The notes: a model not told the origin generated them from the sequence alone. A DNA stretch of 64,000 bases from Candidatus Omnitrophota bacterium (GCA_007135805.1 SLID01000099.1:1882-65881), one strand, 5' to 3'; shown: positions 38,858 through 49,139, counted from the stretch's first letter. A program made the numbers and translations.

Positions 38858-39361
38858 ATGGCCACGGTTTACATGGGGATAGGTTCCAATCTCGGGTCGA
38901 GACGTGACAATTGCCTTGAATCCCTGAGAAGGATAAACGCGCTAGCCGGCGTGGAGGTAAGAGAGTGTTCAAGTTTCTACGAGACGATCCCGGTAGGGGG
39001 CCCTCCCCAGCCTGTGTATTTGAATGGAGTGGCGCGAATTGAGACTGACATCGCGCCCTTCGCTCTTCTGAAAAGTTTCAAGGAGATCGAAAAAGAAATG
39101 GGCCGGGAAGATACCGGTTCAAAGAATCAGCCCCGTGTCATAGACCTGGACATCCTTTTGTACGGCGACTTAGTGATAAAATCCCGGGAGATAACCGTAC
39201 CTCATCCTGAAATGCACAGGAGGTATTTTGTTTTAAAGGGGCTTGCCGAAATATCGCCGGATGTTACGCACCCGGTTATAAAAAAAACCGCTCTCGAGCT
39301 TTTAAAGCTGGCTATATGTCCGGAAGACGCTTTTCAGACGAGACGAGGAACAGGAAAGTGA
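38858..39361 (+). CDS. folK: 2-amino-4-hydroxy-6-hydroxymethyldihydropteridine pyrophosphokinase
   Basis: 167 aa. VYMGIGSNLG start and QPRVIDLDILLYGD motif. Confidence 0.85.
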   Translation: MATVYMGIGSNLGSRRDNCLESLRRINALAGVEVRECSSFYETIPVGGPPQPVYLNGVARIETDIAPFALLKSFKEIEKEMGREDTGSKNQPRVIDLDILLYGDLVIKSREITVPHPEMHRRYFVLKGLAEISPDVTHPVIKKTALELLKLAICPEDAFQTRRGTGK

Positions 39362-40227
39362 ATGTAATAGTATCCCCAGAGGAAATGAAAAGATTTTCAC
39401 AAGCATGTCGGGACTCGGGAAAGCGTATAGGCCTTGTCGCTACTATGGGCTCTCTTCACGAGGGACATCTCAGTCTTGCGCGTTCATCACTGTCTGAATG
39501 TGACGTTACGGTTGTAAGCGTATTCGTGAATCCCTGCCAGTTCTGTCCGGGTGAAGATCTTGAAAAATACCCCAGAGATATGGAGAAAGACAGAGCTTTG
39601 CTGGAGAAGGAGGGGGTAGACGTTCTTTTCGCGCCCGATGAAAGCGAGATGTACCCCGGGGGGTACTCCACTTTCGTCGAAGTAAAAGGGCCTGTGTCTG
39701 AAGCGTTGTGCGGAGCTTCACGGCCGGGTCATTTCAGCGGAGTATCAACTGTTGTGGCCAAACTTTTCAATATCACATCTCCGCATATAAGTTATTTCGG
39801 ACGGAAAGACGCCCAGCAGGCCGCGGTCATAATCCGCATGGTCAGGGACCTCGATATCGATGTCGATATCCGGGTTATGCCTGTTGTAAGGGAATCTGAC
39901 GGACTGGCGATGAGTTCGCGTAACAATTATCTTTCGGAAGAGGAGAGGGGACGGGCTTCTGTGGTGTATAGGGCCCTGGAAAAAGGCAGGAAAATGGCGG
40001 TATCGGGAGAAACAAAGGCCGGGAAGATACTCGAGAAAGTGAAGGATGTGATAATGACAGAAAAGGGGATCTCGATAGATTATGTTGAAATGGTCGATTC
40101 TCTTGAAATGACCCCTTTGGAAAAGCTTGAGACCAGGGCCCTTATAGCCGTCGCGGTCAGGATCGGGCAGACCAGACTTATAGACAATGTGATAATCGAC
40201 GCGCCGAACCAGGGAGGGAAGAATTGA
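39358..40227 (+). CDS. panC: Pantoate--beta-alanine ligase
   Basis: GTG 39358 overlaps the folK stop (GTGA). ATMGSLHEGHLSLAR HIGH-type motif. Confidence 0.85.
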   Translation: MNVIVSPEEMKRFSQACRDSGKRIGLVATMGSLHEGHLSLARSSLSECDVTVVSVFVNPCQFCPGEDLEKYPRDMEKDRALLEKEGVDVLFAPDESEMYPGGYSTFVEVKGPVSEALCGASRPGHFSGVSTVVAKLFNITSPHISYFGRKDAQQAAVIIRMVRDLDIDVDIRVMPVVRESDGLAMSSRNNYLSEEERGRASVVYRALEKGRKMAVSGETKAGKILEKVKDVIMTEKGISIDYVEMVDSLEMTPLEKLETRALIAVAVRIGQTRLIDNVIIDAPNQGGKN

Positions 40228-41162
40228 TCAGACCGGAATTTGACGCGAAATACAAGGAACACCTGCAAAGAAAGATAAAAGAGCTTAAGAAGTCCTGCGG
40301 AGCGCTACTGGTAGCCCATAACTATCAGCGTGACGAAATACAGGAAATAGCGGATATTGTGGGCGATTCCTACGCTCTTGCCCGTGACGTGAAACTCGCC
40401 CCGGAGAAAACGATAGTTTTTTGCGGAGTGAAATTTATGGCGGAAAGCGCCGCTATGCTCAGCCCCGAAAAAACGATACTGCTTCCCGTGGAGGAGGCGG
40501 GTTGTCCTCTGGCCGATATGGCGACTGCCGACAAACTGCGCAAGAAAAGGGAACAATATCCCGAGGCCGCGGTTGTGTGTTATGTGAACTCGACGGCGGC
40601 GGTTAAAGCTGAAAGTGATATTTGCTGTACTTCGTCGAACGCCATACAGGTAGTAAAGTCTATGAAAGAGGATAAGATCATATTTGTGCCCGACAAGAAC
40701 CTTGGACGGTATGTGCGTGAACATGTTCCCGAGAAGGAACTTATACTGTGGGACGGCTATTGTGTGGTCCATATGCGTCTTACTCGCGAAGAGGTTATCA
40801 CAACAAAACAGCTTTATCCCGGAGCCGAGTTCATCGCCCACCCTGAATGCCGGCGGGAAGTCCTGGAAGAGGCGACCTATGTCGGCAGTACGGCCGGTAT
40901 GCTCAAGTACGTCGGGGAAAGCCCCTCTGAAGAATTCATAGTAGGTACTGAGCCCGGGATAATCTACAGGATGAAAAGGAACAATCCCGAAAAAAAATTC
41001 TATATTCCGACTGACCAGTTTATCTGCGCCAATATGAAACTTACGACGCTTGGTTGGGTAGCGCGTTCTCTTGAGAAACAGATATACAAGATAGAAGTCC
41101 CGGAAAATGTCGTGAAAAAAGCCCGCCGGACACTCGAACGCATGATAGAGGTGGTTAAATGA
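40224..41162 (+). CDS. nadA: Quinolinate synthase
   Basis: TTG start. LVAHNYQRDEIQEIADIVGDS and Fe-S cysteine pattern. 312 aa. Confidence 0.85.
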   Translation: MIRPEFDAKYKEHLQRKIKELKKSCGALLVAHNYQRDEIQEIADIVGDSYALARDVKLAPEKTIVFCGVKFMAESAAMLSPEKTILLPVEEAGCPLADMATADKLRKKREQYPEAAVVCYVNSTAAVKAESDICCTSSNAIQVVKSMKEDKIIFVPDKNLGRYVREHVPEKELILWDGYCVVHMRLTREEVITTKQLYPGAEFIAHPECRREVLEEATYVGSTAGMLKYVGESPSEEFIVGTEPGIIYRMKRNNPEKKFYIPTDQFICANMKLTTLGWVARSLEKQIYKIEVPENVVKKARRTLERMIEVVK

Positions 41163-41974
41163 CAAAGAAAAAAATTATTGGTATCGTGGGATGCGGGTCG
41201 ATTGGCTCAGCCCTGGCCTTGAAAGCCGACGAGTCTATGTCAGACAGGGTTTCGGCCCTGGTGCTTTTCGATAAGGACGCGCCTAAGGCATTGGAACTGG
41301 CTTCGGCTGTCGAGAGGTCCGAAACCGCGGGTTCGGCGTCACGCGTCGCTGAAATATCGGACATCGTGGTGGAGGCGGCGCATCCGGACGCGGCCCCGGG
41401 AGTGCTGGATCTTGCCGTAAAAGCCGGTAAGGACGCCATGATACTCAGTATCGGGGGGCTCATCGGACATGAACGGCTTCTCGCCGCTGCGTCCTCCGCT
41501 GGGATAACGGTCATAATGCCTTCAGGGGCCGTGGCGGGAATAGACGCGGTCAAAGCCGCTAAAATAGCCGGAATAAGTTCTGTAACGCTTACCACGCGGA
41601 AATCTCCGGCTTCCCTGGAAGGAGCGCCCTACATAAGGGATAAGGGCATAGACATCGGTTCTATAAAAGGAGAGACCCTTATATTTGAAGGCAGTGCCCT
41701 GGAGGCCGTCGCGGCTTTCCCCCGCAACATAAATGTTTCGGCCCTGCTGTCTATTGCCGGTATGGGTCCCGAGCAAACAAAAGTGCGGATAGTGACATCC
41801 CCGGAATATAGCCGCAACACCCATGAGATAAGGGTCCAATCTGCCGCCGGCAAATTCACTTTTATCACGGAGAACGTACCTTTTCCATCAAATCCCAAAA
41901 CCAGCCATCTGGCCGCGCTTTCGGCTATAGCCGCGCTGGAAGAATACCTTTCGGGAATACATATCGGAACATAA
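41159..41974 (+). CDS. nadX: L-aspartate dehydrogenase
   Basis: 271 aa. IGIVGCGSIGSALA NAD-binding start. Start overlaps the nadA stop. Confidence 0.75.
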   Translation: MTKKKIIGIVGCGSIGSALALKADESMSDRVSALVLFDKDAPKALELASAVERSETAGSASRVAEISDIVVEAAHPDAAPGVLDLAVKAGKDAMILSIGGLIGHERLLAAASSAGITVIMPSGAVAGIDAVKAAKIAGISSVTLTTRKSPASLEGAPYIRDKGIDIGSIKGETLIFEGSALEAVAAFPRNINVSALLSIAGMGPEQTKVRIVTSPEYSRNTHEIRVQSAAGKFTFITENVPFPSNPKTSHLAALSAIAALEEYLSGIHIGT

Positions 41975-42190
41975 AAAATAAGGATAGCGACCGTTTTTTG
42001 AGGTCAAAGGTTACTGGTTCGGAGAAAGCCCCCCCGAAACGGCTAAAGTAGGGTGTAATTCTAATTAGATCCTCCGCCAGGCGTAATTTTATAAAAAGAA
42101 GTTTTCAAAGGCCATGTGACAACTTCCTTTGCGGTGACAAGGAACGACGGGATCTGCTACATGGTTTCTCATTTTATCTCTATCACGCTG

Positions 42191-42315
42191 CCGGCATCTT
42201 ATTAGCGGCGGCATTGTGAAGTTTCGCGATGAATAGCGGATATTCCCTTCGAGGGGCGCTCGATTTCCCCGGCGAGGAGATCTTCGCGCGACGCACTTCC
42301 TCGCTCTTATAAAGG
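42191..42315. repeat. Dispersed ~125-nt intergenic sequence element, copy B
   Basis: Aligns to 22890..23015 (see copy A). Lies between the nadX stop and the promoter of the Na/Pi cotransporter gene. Confidence 0.7.
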
Positions 42316-42366
42316 TTGTGATCTTCTTGCGACGGGATCTAGTTAGAGATCAGAGATCAAATATTC

Positions 42367-42395
42367 TTGACACCGTAAAAACTCCATGATAAGTT
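42367..42395 (+). promoter_or_regulatory. Candidate sigma70 promoter (TTGACA-17-TAAGTT) upstream of the Na/Pi cotransporter gene
   Basis: -35 at 42367-72. Weak -10 at 42390-95, preceded by TG. Confidence 0.4.
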
Positions 42396-42486
42396 ATGCC
42401 TGCCCAGAGCGTAATTTTCAAAAAACTCAAATATCATCGGGGTAAAAACCATCGTTCTTAATCTTGCTTTCAACATAATAGGCGGC

Positions 42487-44169
42487 TTGGGCCTCTTCTT
42501 TTTGGGCATGCAGACAATGTCCGAGGGGCTCAAGAATATGGCCGGTGCCCGTCTCAAGGGTATACTCAACATGGTCACAAAAGTGCCCATAATGGGTGTC
42601 TTCGTGGGTGTCCTGGTCACTACTCTTGTTCAGTCTTCCAGCGCCACTACCGTGCTTGTGGTAGGGTTTGTGAACGCGGGTCTCCTGGTACTCAGGCAGG
42701 CCATAAGCGTGATAATCGGGGCCAATATCGGCACTACGGTCACCGCGTGGCTGGTTTCCACCATTTCTGTTATAAACATAACGCATTATGCTTTGCCCGC
42801 CATTGGGATAGGTTTCGGCATGCAGACACTGGGCAGGACCAAGCGATTAAGGTTTTTCGGCCAGGTTCTTACGGGTTTCGGTATGCTCTTTATGGGGCTT
42901 GGTTTCATGAAGGACGGTTTCGAGCCTTTCCGGCAGAGCGAGTATGTCAAGGATCTTTTCATGACTTTCGGGGACAGGCCCATGCTCGGGATCGTTGCGG
43001 GTACCGTAGTCGCCATGATCATACAGAGTTCCAGCGCGACCATAGCCATTGTGCAGGTAATGGCTTTCAACGGACTTATAGGTTTTCCCGCGGCTATAAC
43101 GCTTATGCTGGGAAGTGACATCGGTACTACCATAACCGCCCAGCTGGCGTCCATAGGCAGTAATCTTGATGCCAGGAGGGCCGCGATGGCGCATACATTG
43201 TTCAACCTCATCGGTGTAGCGGTAATAATGGTCTTCGTTTACAACGGAATGTTCATAAGAGCGATAAGGTTTGTTTTCCCGGGGGAAATAACTCCGGTGA
43301 ACGTGATGTTTTACATAGCTGTAGCCAATTCTCTTTTCAAACTTATAAGCGCGATGATCTTTCTGCCGCTTTTAGGATACTTGGAGAAAGCGGTTATCTT
43401 TCTGGTCCCAAGGAAGAAGGGCGCAATAGATGTGGGGCCGAAATATCTCGACAAATATCTTCTGGATACGCCCCCTATAGCCGTTGAACAGGCCAGAAAG
43501 GAGACAGTGCGCATGTTGAATCTGGCCGGCCGGTCCGTTTCTACCGCCATGAGGGCCTTTTTTGATAACGATTCTTCCGTTTCAAAATCCATAGAGACAT
43601 TTGAACAGGCCGTGGACAACCTTCAGGCCGCTGTGACCCAGTACCTTGTGACACTTTCCCAGAGAGACCTTTCCGAAGAGATATCCGAGCAGCTCCCCGT
43701 TCTTATTCACAGCGTTAACGATATCGAAAGGATAGGGGACCATGCAGAAAACATAATGGAGTTGGTGGAAAGAAAGGTGGAGGGAAAGCTTCCTTTTTCG
43801 GACGATGCTATAAGGGAACTCAGGATGATGTGGAATGAACTTTCCGGCATGATCCTTGAGACCGAAGATTCCCTCGAGAAAAACGATCCCGAGAGTGCCT
43901 TAAAAGTCCTGGATAGGGAGCGGAACATCAACGGCTACCAGGAAAGCCTTAAAAAAGCTCATGTCGACAGGTTGAACACCGCTTGCTGTCAGGTAATATC
44001 GGGGGTTGTTTTCATGGATCTTGTCGACAACCTTGAGAAAATAGGCGATCACCTTACCAATGTGGCGCAAGGCGTTATCGGTGAGATGCGCTGGCATGGG
44101 AAAGGTACGGGTTTCAAGTCCGAGATGATCCGCGATGCCTCAGCAGGGAAAAGTCCGGCTCCAGCCTAA
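42487..44169 (+). CDS. Na+/phosphate cotransporter family protein with C-terminal PhoU-like domains
   Basis: Two GANIGTT/GSDIGTT NptA repeats plus C-terminal PhoU-type helices. The only start codon in the open frame is TTG 42487; an upstream in-frame TAA lies at 42412. Confidence 0.8.
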   Translation: MGLFFLGMQTMSEGLKNMAGARLKGILNMVTKVPIMGVFVGVLVTTLVQSSSATTVLVVGFVNAGLLVLRQAISVIIGANIGTTVTAWLVSTISVINITHYALPAIGIGFGMQTLGRTKRLRFFGQVLTGFGMLFMGLGFMKDGFEPFRQSEYVKDLFMTFGDRPMLGIVAGTVVAMIIQSSSATIAIVQVMAFNGLIGFPAAITLMLGSDIGTTITAQLASIGSNLDARRAAMAHTLFNLIGVAVIMVFVYNGMFIRAIRFVFPGEITPVNVMFYIAVANSLFKLISAMIFLPLLGYLEKAVIFLVPRKKGAIDVGPKYLDKYLLDTPPIAVEQARKETVRMLNLAGRSVSTAMRAFFDNDSSVSKSIETFEQAVDNLQAAVTQYLVTLSQRDLSEEISEQLPVLIHSVNDIERIGDHAENIMELVERKVEGKLPFSDDAIRELRMMWNELSGMILETEDSLEKNDPESALKVLDRERNINGYQESLKKAHVDRLNTACCQVISGVVFMDLVDNLEKIGDHLTNVAQGVIGEMRWHGKGTGFKSEMIRDASAGKSPAPA

Positions 44170-44236
44170 GCTTATTTCCTATCCAGAACGCGGAAATAAA
44201 GGCCTCGAACTCTTGAAAAAGGCAGTATCGAGCGGG

Positions 44237-44265
44237 TTGACAAACCCTATCCCCTTTAGTATTAT
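44237..44265 (+). promoter_or_regulatory. Sigma70-like promoter (TTGACA-17-TATTAT)
   Basis: -35 at 44237-42, -10 at 44260-65. GGAGG RBS before ATG 44317. Confidence 0.6.
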
Positions 44266-44316
44266 ATCCATCAAACATTATCATATTTAGCGCGGCCAAC
44301 ACGAACGGAGGTCTCA

Positions 44317-45477
44317 ATGGGGATGTGGGTAGGTATAGGGAGAAAAGCTAGAAGAAGTTACGGGTTTGACGAGGTCGCGCTCGTGCCTGGCGAACTTACC
44401 ATAAATCCTAACGATGTGGACACTTCCTGCGAGATAGGAGGTATAAAACTACAGGCCCCGATAATGGCTTCTTCGATGGACGGGGTCGTTGACGTCGATT
44501 TTGCCATCGCTATGGGCAAGCTGGGAGGTATGGCGGTGCTGCATCTGGAGGGTATAGCTACGAGGTATGAGGATCCTGCCGCCGCGATCGACAAGATAGT
44601 GAACTGCGACACCAACGAGTCCACCGAGATAATACAGAAAGTCTATTCCGCTCCGGTAAAAAAAGAGCTCATCCAGAAAAGAATAAAAGAGATCAAGAAA
44701 GCGAAAGTTCCTGCTGTTGTAAGCTGTAATCCTCAGGTGGCTGGTAAGTTCGGGCCTATCTCAAGGGATGCGGGTTGTGATATTTTCATTATACAGTCGA
44801 CGGTCATAAGTGTGCGCCACGAGTCTACGGAATACAAACCACTGGATCTCAAGAAGTTCTGCAAAGAAATGGAAATGCCCGTACTTTTAGGCAATTGCGT
44901 TGATTATAACGCCGCGTTGTCACTTATGGATACCGGGTGTCAGGGGCTTTTCGTCGGTATAGGCCCCGGAACGGCCTGTACATCCCGCGGGGTTCTCGGA
45001 ATAGGGGTTCCCCAGATAACGGCCACATGCGATTGCGCCGCCGCCAGGGATTTTTACTACAAAAGAACGGGAAGGTATGTTCCCATAATAACTGACGGCG
45101 GTATGGCTACGGGAGGAGATATCTGTAAGGCTTTCGCCATCGGCGCGGACGCTGTCATGCTTGGTAACGCTTTTGCCAGGGCCGAGGAGGCCCCAGGAAG
45201 GGGATATCATTGGGGAATGGCCCTTCCTCATCCCTCTTTGCCCAGAGGAACACGAATACAGGTAGGCACTTCAGGAACTCTCGAAGAAATACTCTACGGG
45301 CCCGCCCGTCTTGACGACGGCACTCAGAACCTGGTAGGGGCTCTGGCTACCAGTATGGGGAATCTCGGTGCCCGCGACATACGGGAGATGCAGCAGGTCA
45401 ACATGGTGATAGCCCCTTCTATACAGACGGAGGGGAAAGTCTATCAGACCGCCCAGCGCGTTGGGATGAGAAAGTAG
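44317..45477 (+). CDS. IMP dehydrogenase/GMP reductase family protein (short form)
   Basis: 386 aa. GFDEVALVPG start and IAMGKLGGMAVLH. TIM-barrel IMPDH family; family-level call only. Confidence 0.7.
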   Translation: MGMWVGIGRKARRSYGFDEVALVPGELTINPNDVDTSCEIGGIKLQAPIMASSMDGVVDVDFAIAMGKLGGMAVLHLEGIATRYEDPAAAIDKIVNCDTNESTEIIQKVYSAPVKKELIQKRIKEIKKAKVPAVVSCNPQVAGKFGPISRDAGCDIFIIQSTVISVRHESTEYKPLDLKKFCKEMEMPVLLGNCVDYNAALSLMDTGCQGLFVGIGPGTACTSRGVLGIGVPQITATCDCAAARDFYYKRTGRYVPIITDGGMATGGDICKAFAIGADAVMLGNAFARAEEAPGRGYHWGMALPHPSLPRGTRIQVGTSGTLEEILYGPARLDDGTQNLVGALATSMGNLGARDIREMQQVNMVIAPSIQTEGKVYQTAQRVGMRK

Positions 45478-45540
45478 CGCTCCCCGTTGGATCCGGTTTT
45501 TGCCCCTGTTTTTTGATCTTGAACCTTCCAAAATTTGTCT

Positions 45541-48500
45541 ATGAAAACCGCTAAACAGTCTGACTTCGTGCATCTGCACGTCCATACTCAGTTCAGTCTT
45601 CTTGACGGCGCGTGCCGTCTAGATGATCTTGTAGCTATGTCAAAAGAATATGGCATGACCTCCTGCGCCATAACCGATCACGGCAACATGTTCGGCGCCG
45701 TCGAATTCTATGAGAAAGCCCTCAGCGCCGGAATAAAACCTATAATAGGTTGTGAGGTATATGTAGCGCCTGAAAGCAGGTTTGATAAGACCAGCCACGG
45801 CATAAGAGGGGCGGGCTATCACCTGGTGCTTCTGGCAAAGAACAATACCGGTTACAGGAACCTGATGGAGATCGTTTCGCTTGGATACCTTGAGGGATTT
45901 TATTACAAGCCCAGGGTAGATAAAGAAGTGCTTTCCAGTTGTTCGAAGGGGCTCATAGCGCTTTCCGCCTGTCTCAAGGGAGAGGTTGCCCACTTCCTGG
46001 CGTCCGACCAGTGGGACGAGGCGAAACGAGTCGCCGCGGAATACTCGAATATCTTTGGTAAAGATAATTTCTACCTTGAACTGCAGGATAACCAGATCGA
46101 TGAGCAGAAAAAGGTCAACCAGGCGCTTATACGCCTCTCCGAGGCGACTGGCATAGACATAGTGGCGACTAGTGATGTCCACTATATCGACAGGAAAGAC
46201 GCCAAGGCGCACGACGCGCTTTTGTGTATCCAGACCCAGACCACTGTCGAGGATCCCAACAGGATGAGATTCCAGACCGACCAGATGTATTTCAAATCCC
46301 CGGCGGAGATGGAAGAACGGTTCTCTTTCGCACCCCAGGCGTTGAGGAATACTGTCAGGATAGCGGAAAGATGTAATGTTGAGATGGATTTCAACGAGAC
46401 ACACCTGCCCGCTTTTGACCCTCCGGAGGGGAAAGACACCGATGTTTTTTTTGGAGAGCTTGTCGCCTCGGGTATAAAAAAACGCTACGGAAAGGTCACT
46501 CCCGAGATAAAAAAACGGGTCGACCACGAGATAAAGATAATAAAGGATTCGGGGTATACCAGCTATTTTCTGATAGTCTGGGATTTTATCCGTTATGCCA
46601 GGACGCGTGATATCCCGGTCGGGCCCGGTAGGGGGTCGGCGGCGGGCAGTATCGTAAGCTACGCTCTGGGCATAACTGACCTCGACCCGTTGAAGTACGG
46701 GCTTATTTTTGAGCGGTTCCTGAATCCGGACAGGGTTTCCATGCCTGATATAGACATAGATTTCTGTTTTGAAAGAAGAAGTGAAGTTATAGAGTATGTA
46801 ATTGAAAAATATTCCAAAAGCAATGTCGCGCAGATAATAACCTTCGGTTCGATGATGGCTAAAGGCGTACTCAGGGATGTGGGAAGGGTAATGGGCGTTC
46901 CTTACGCGGAAGTCGACCGCATAGCCAAACTTGTTCCTAATGATCCCGGCATTACTCTTGAAAAGGCCCTGGAAATAGAACCCGAACTTAAAACAAAGTA
47001 CGAAGAAGACCCTGTGGTCAGACAGGTCATCGATATTTCCCGTAGATTGCAGGGCCTCAACAGGCACGCTTCCACACATGCCGCGGGTGTTGTTATATCG
47101 GATAAACCTCTCATAAAGCGCATCCCGCTTTTCAAGACGGCGGACGACCAGGTAACGACCGGTTTCGCGATGAATTCACTTGAGAAGATCGGTATGCTTA
47201 AAATGGATTTTCTAGGGCTTAAGACGCTTACGGTCATAGATCAGGCGGTAAAGATCATAAAGAGGACTCGCGGGATCGAGGTAGATCCCGAAAGTATACC
47301 TCTAGATGACGGCCCTACATTCGATCTTCTGGCAAGGGCTGATACAGGGGGCGTTTTCCAGCTTGAGTCGGGGGGGATGAGGGATTTGTTGAGAAAACTC
47401 GTCCCAGGACGTTTCGAAGACCTTATAGCCATTCTGGCCCTCTATCGTCCCGGACCTATGGGCAGCGGCATGATAGACGATTTTATAAAGAGGAAACAGG
47501 GCGATATTAAGGTGGTGTATGACCATCCCATCCTTGAGCCTGTTTTGAACGAGACCTACGGTATAATCGTTTTTCAGGAACAGGTCATGCGCATAGTTTC
47601 GGATATGGGTGGGTTCACCATGGCCGAAGCCGATAGTGTGCGTAAGATAATGGGCAAGAAGATAAAGGATCCCGACAAGCTTGATGAGATACGGTCCAAA
47701 TTCCTGTCCGGCGCTTTAAAAAGGAAGGTTGACGTTTCCACCGCCGGCAAGGTATGGGACTTTATCTCACATTTCGCGGGCTATGGTTTCAACAAGTCGC
47801 ATTCCGCCGCTTACTCGATGATAAGTTACAGGACGGCGTATCTCAAAGCGAATTATCCCGTTGAATTCATGACAGCGCTTCTTACGAGTGAAAAAGACAA
47901 CAGCGACAAAATATCCAGTTATATAAACCAATCTGTGCGGATGGGTATAGACATTTTGCCTCCCGATGTAAATGAGAGTTTCAGGGATTTTACGGTAGTG
48001 GGAGGAGACATAAGGTTTGGTTTGTCAGCGGTAAAGAACGTCGGGGAAGGGTCCGCCGACGCGATCATTGCCACCAGGAAGGAAACCGGACGGTACGAAT
48101 CCATATTTGATTTCGCCATGAAAGTTGACCCGAGGTCGGTGAATCGTAAGGTTCTGGAAAGCATGATAAAGTGTGGGGCTTTCGATTCTACCGGGATAAA
48201 ACGCAGCCAGGCCATGGCCGTACTGGATAAAGTGATGGATGTGGCACAGAAAGCTAATAAGGACAGGAACACCGGACAACTTTCATTTTTTGACGATGGG
48301 GTGGCTGACGACAGCTTCAAGGACACCTTTTACGATGTGCCTGATATTGAGGAATGGCCCGAGCATGAACTCCTTAACAACGAAAAAGAAATGCTCGGAT
48401 TTTACATTACTAAACATCCCCTTGCACGGTTCGAAAAATTGCTTAACGCTTATTCCACATGCAGGATACCTGAGATGGTTTCCATGTCCGACGGCCAGGA

Positions 48501-49002
48501 GATCCTTCTTGGAGGTATAATAAACAAGGTCAAGGTGACCGTTACGCGGAAAAAGGGCGAGAAAATGGCCATATTCGCTCTCGAGGACCTCAACAATTTT
48601 GTAGAGGTACTGGCTTTTCCAAGGACATATGCTAAATTCCCCGACATGATCAAGGAAGATGCCCTTGTCTATGTGTACGGAAAGGTCAACCGCAGAGAAG
48701 AGGAACCAAAAGTGATCGCGGAAGACATAATCCCCTTGGAAAAGGTGAAAGAAAAGTACACGAGATCCGTATTGATAAAACTTTCCACCACAGGTCTGGA
48801 AGAGAATATGATGATGAGGATAAAGTTCTGTATACAGAAATTCACGGGCAAGATACCTGTGCTCGTGGACCTTTTTTCTCCTGACGGCCGCAAGATAAGG
48901 ATTTCCGTGGATGAGGGGCTTTTTGTAAATCCCACCGATGAGCTTTTGACATCATTGGAGAACATAGTTGGGTCTGGCAATGTCAAATACCTTACCAGGT
49001 AA
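45541..49002 (+). CDS. dnaE: DNA polymerase III subunit alpha
   Basis: About 1153 aa. PHP domain start FVHLHVHTQFSLLDGA. ATG 45541 is two codons inside the track ORF. Confidence 0.95.
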   Translation: MKTAKQSDFVHLHVHTQFSLLDGACRLDDLVAMSKEYGMTSCAITDHGNMFGAVEFYEKALSAGIKPIIGCEVYVAPESRFDKTSHGIRGAGYHLVLLAKNNTGYRNLMEIVSLGYLEGFYYKPRVDKEVLSSCSKGLIALSACLKGEVAHFLASDQWDEAKRVAAEYSNIFGKDNFYLELQDNQIDEQKKVNQALIRLSEATGIDIVATSDVHYIDRKDAKAHDALLCIQTQTTVEDPNRMRFQTDQMYFKSPAEMEERFSFAPQALRNTVRIAERCNVEMDFNETHLPAFDPPEGKDTDVFFGELVASGIKKRYGKVTPEIKKRVDHEIKIIKDSGYTSYFLIVWDFIRYARTRDIPVGPGRGSAAGSIVSYALGITDLDPLKYGLIFERFLNPDRVSMPDIDIDFCFERRSEVIEYVIEKYSKSNVAQIITFGSMMAKGVLRDVGRVMGVPYAEVDRIAKLVPNDPGITLEKALEIEPELKTKYEEDPVVRQVIDISRRLQGLNRHASTHAAGVVISDKPLIKRIPLFKTADDQVTTGFAMNSLEKIGMLKMDFLGLKTLTVIDQAVKIIKRTRGIEVDPESIPLDDGPTFDLLARADTGGVFQLESGGMRDLLRKLVPGRFEDLIAILALYRPGPMGSGMIDDFIKRKQGDIKVVYDHPILEPVLNETYGIIVFQEQVMRIVSDMGGFTMAEADSVRKIMGKKIKDPDKLDEIRSKFLSGALKRKVDVSTAGKVWDFISHFAGYGFNKSHSAAYSMISYRTAYLKANYPVEFMTALLTSEKDNSDKISSYINQSVRMGIDILPPDVNESFRDFTVVGGDIRFGLSAVKNVGEGSADAIIATRKETGRYESIFDFAMKVDPRSVNRKVLESMIKCGAFDSTGIKRSQAMAVLDKVMDVAQKANKDRNTGQLSFFDDGVADDSFKDTFYDVPDIEEWPEHELLNNEKEMLGFYITKHPLARFEKLLNAYSTCRIPEMVSMSDGQEILLGGIINKVKVTVTRKKGEKMAIFALEDLNNFVEVLAFPRTYAKFPDMIKEDALVYVYGKVNRREEEPKVIAEDIIPLEKVKEKYTRSVLIKLSTTGLEENMMMRIKFCIQKFTGKIPVLVDLFSPDGRKIRISVDEGLFVNPTDELLTSLENIVGSGNVKYLTR

Positions 49003-49042
49003 GGGGCGGGCAAGAACGGACAGGCCGACGCGGCATAAAAAG

Positions 49043-49071
49043 TTGACACAAAGTGTAACCCGTGATAGCAT
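49043..49071 (+). promoter_or_regulatory. Sigma70-like promoter (TTGACA-17-TAGCAT) upstream of hup
   Basis: -35 at 49043-48, -10 at 49066-71. Confidence 0.5.
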
Positions 49072-49139
49072 AAGGACTTAAGTTTTTAGAGTGGATCGGC
49101 AGCGACTTAAAAAGAGAAAATCGAAGGGAGGTAGAAAGG

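Noticed and set aside
44173-44200. Inverted repeat TATTTCC-N12-GGAAATA after the Na/Pi cotransporter gene, as a possible terminator
   Set aside because: Only a 7-bp AT-rich stem with a 12-nt loop and no following U-tract, which is weak evidence. It is noted, but not called a terminator.
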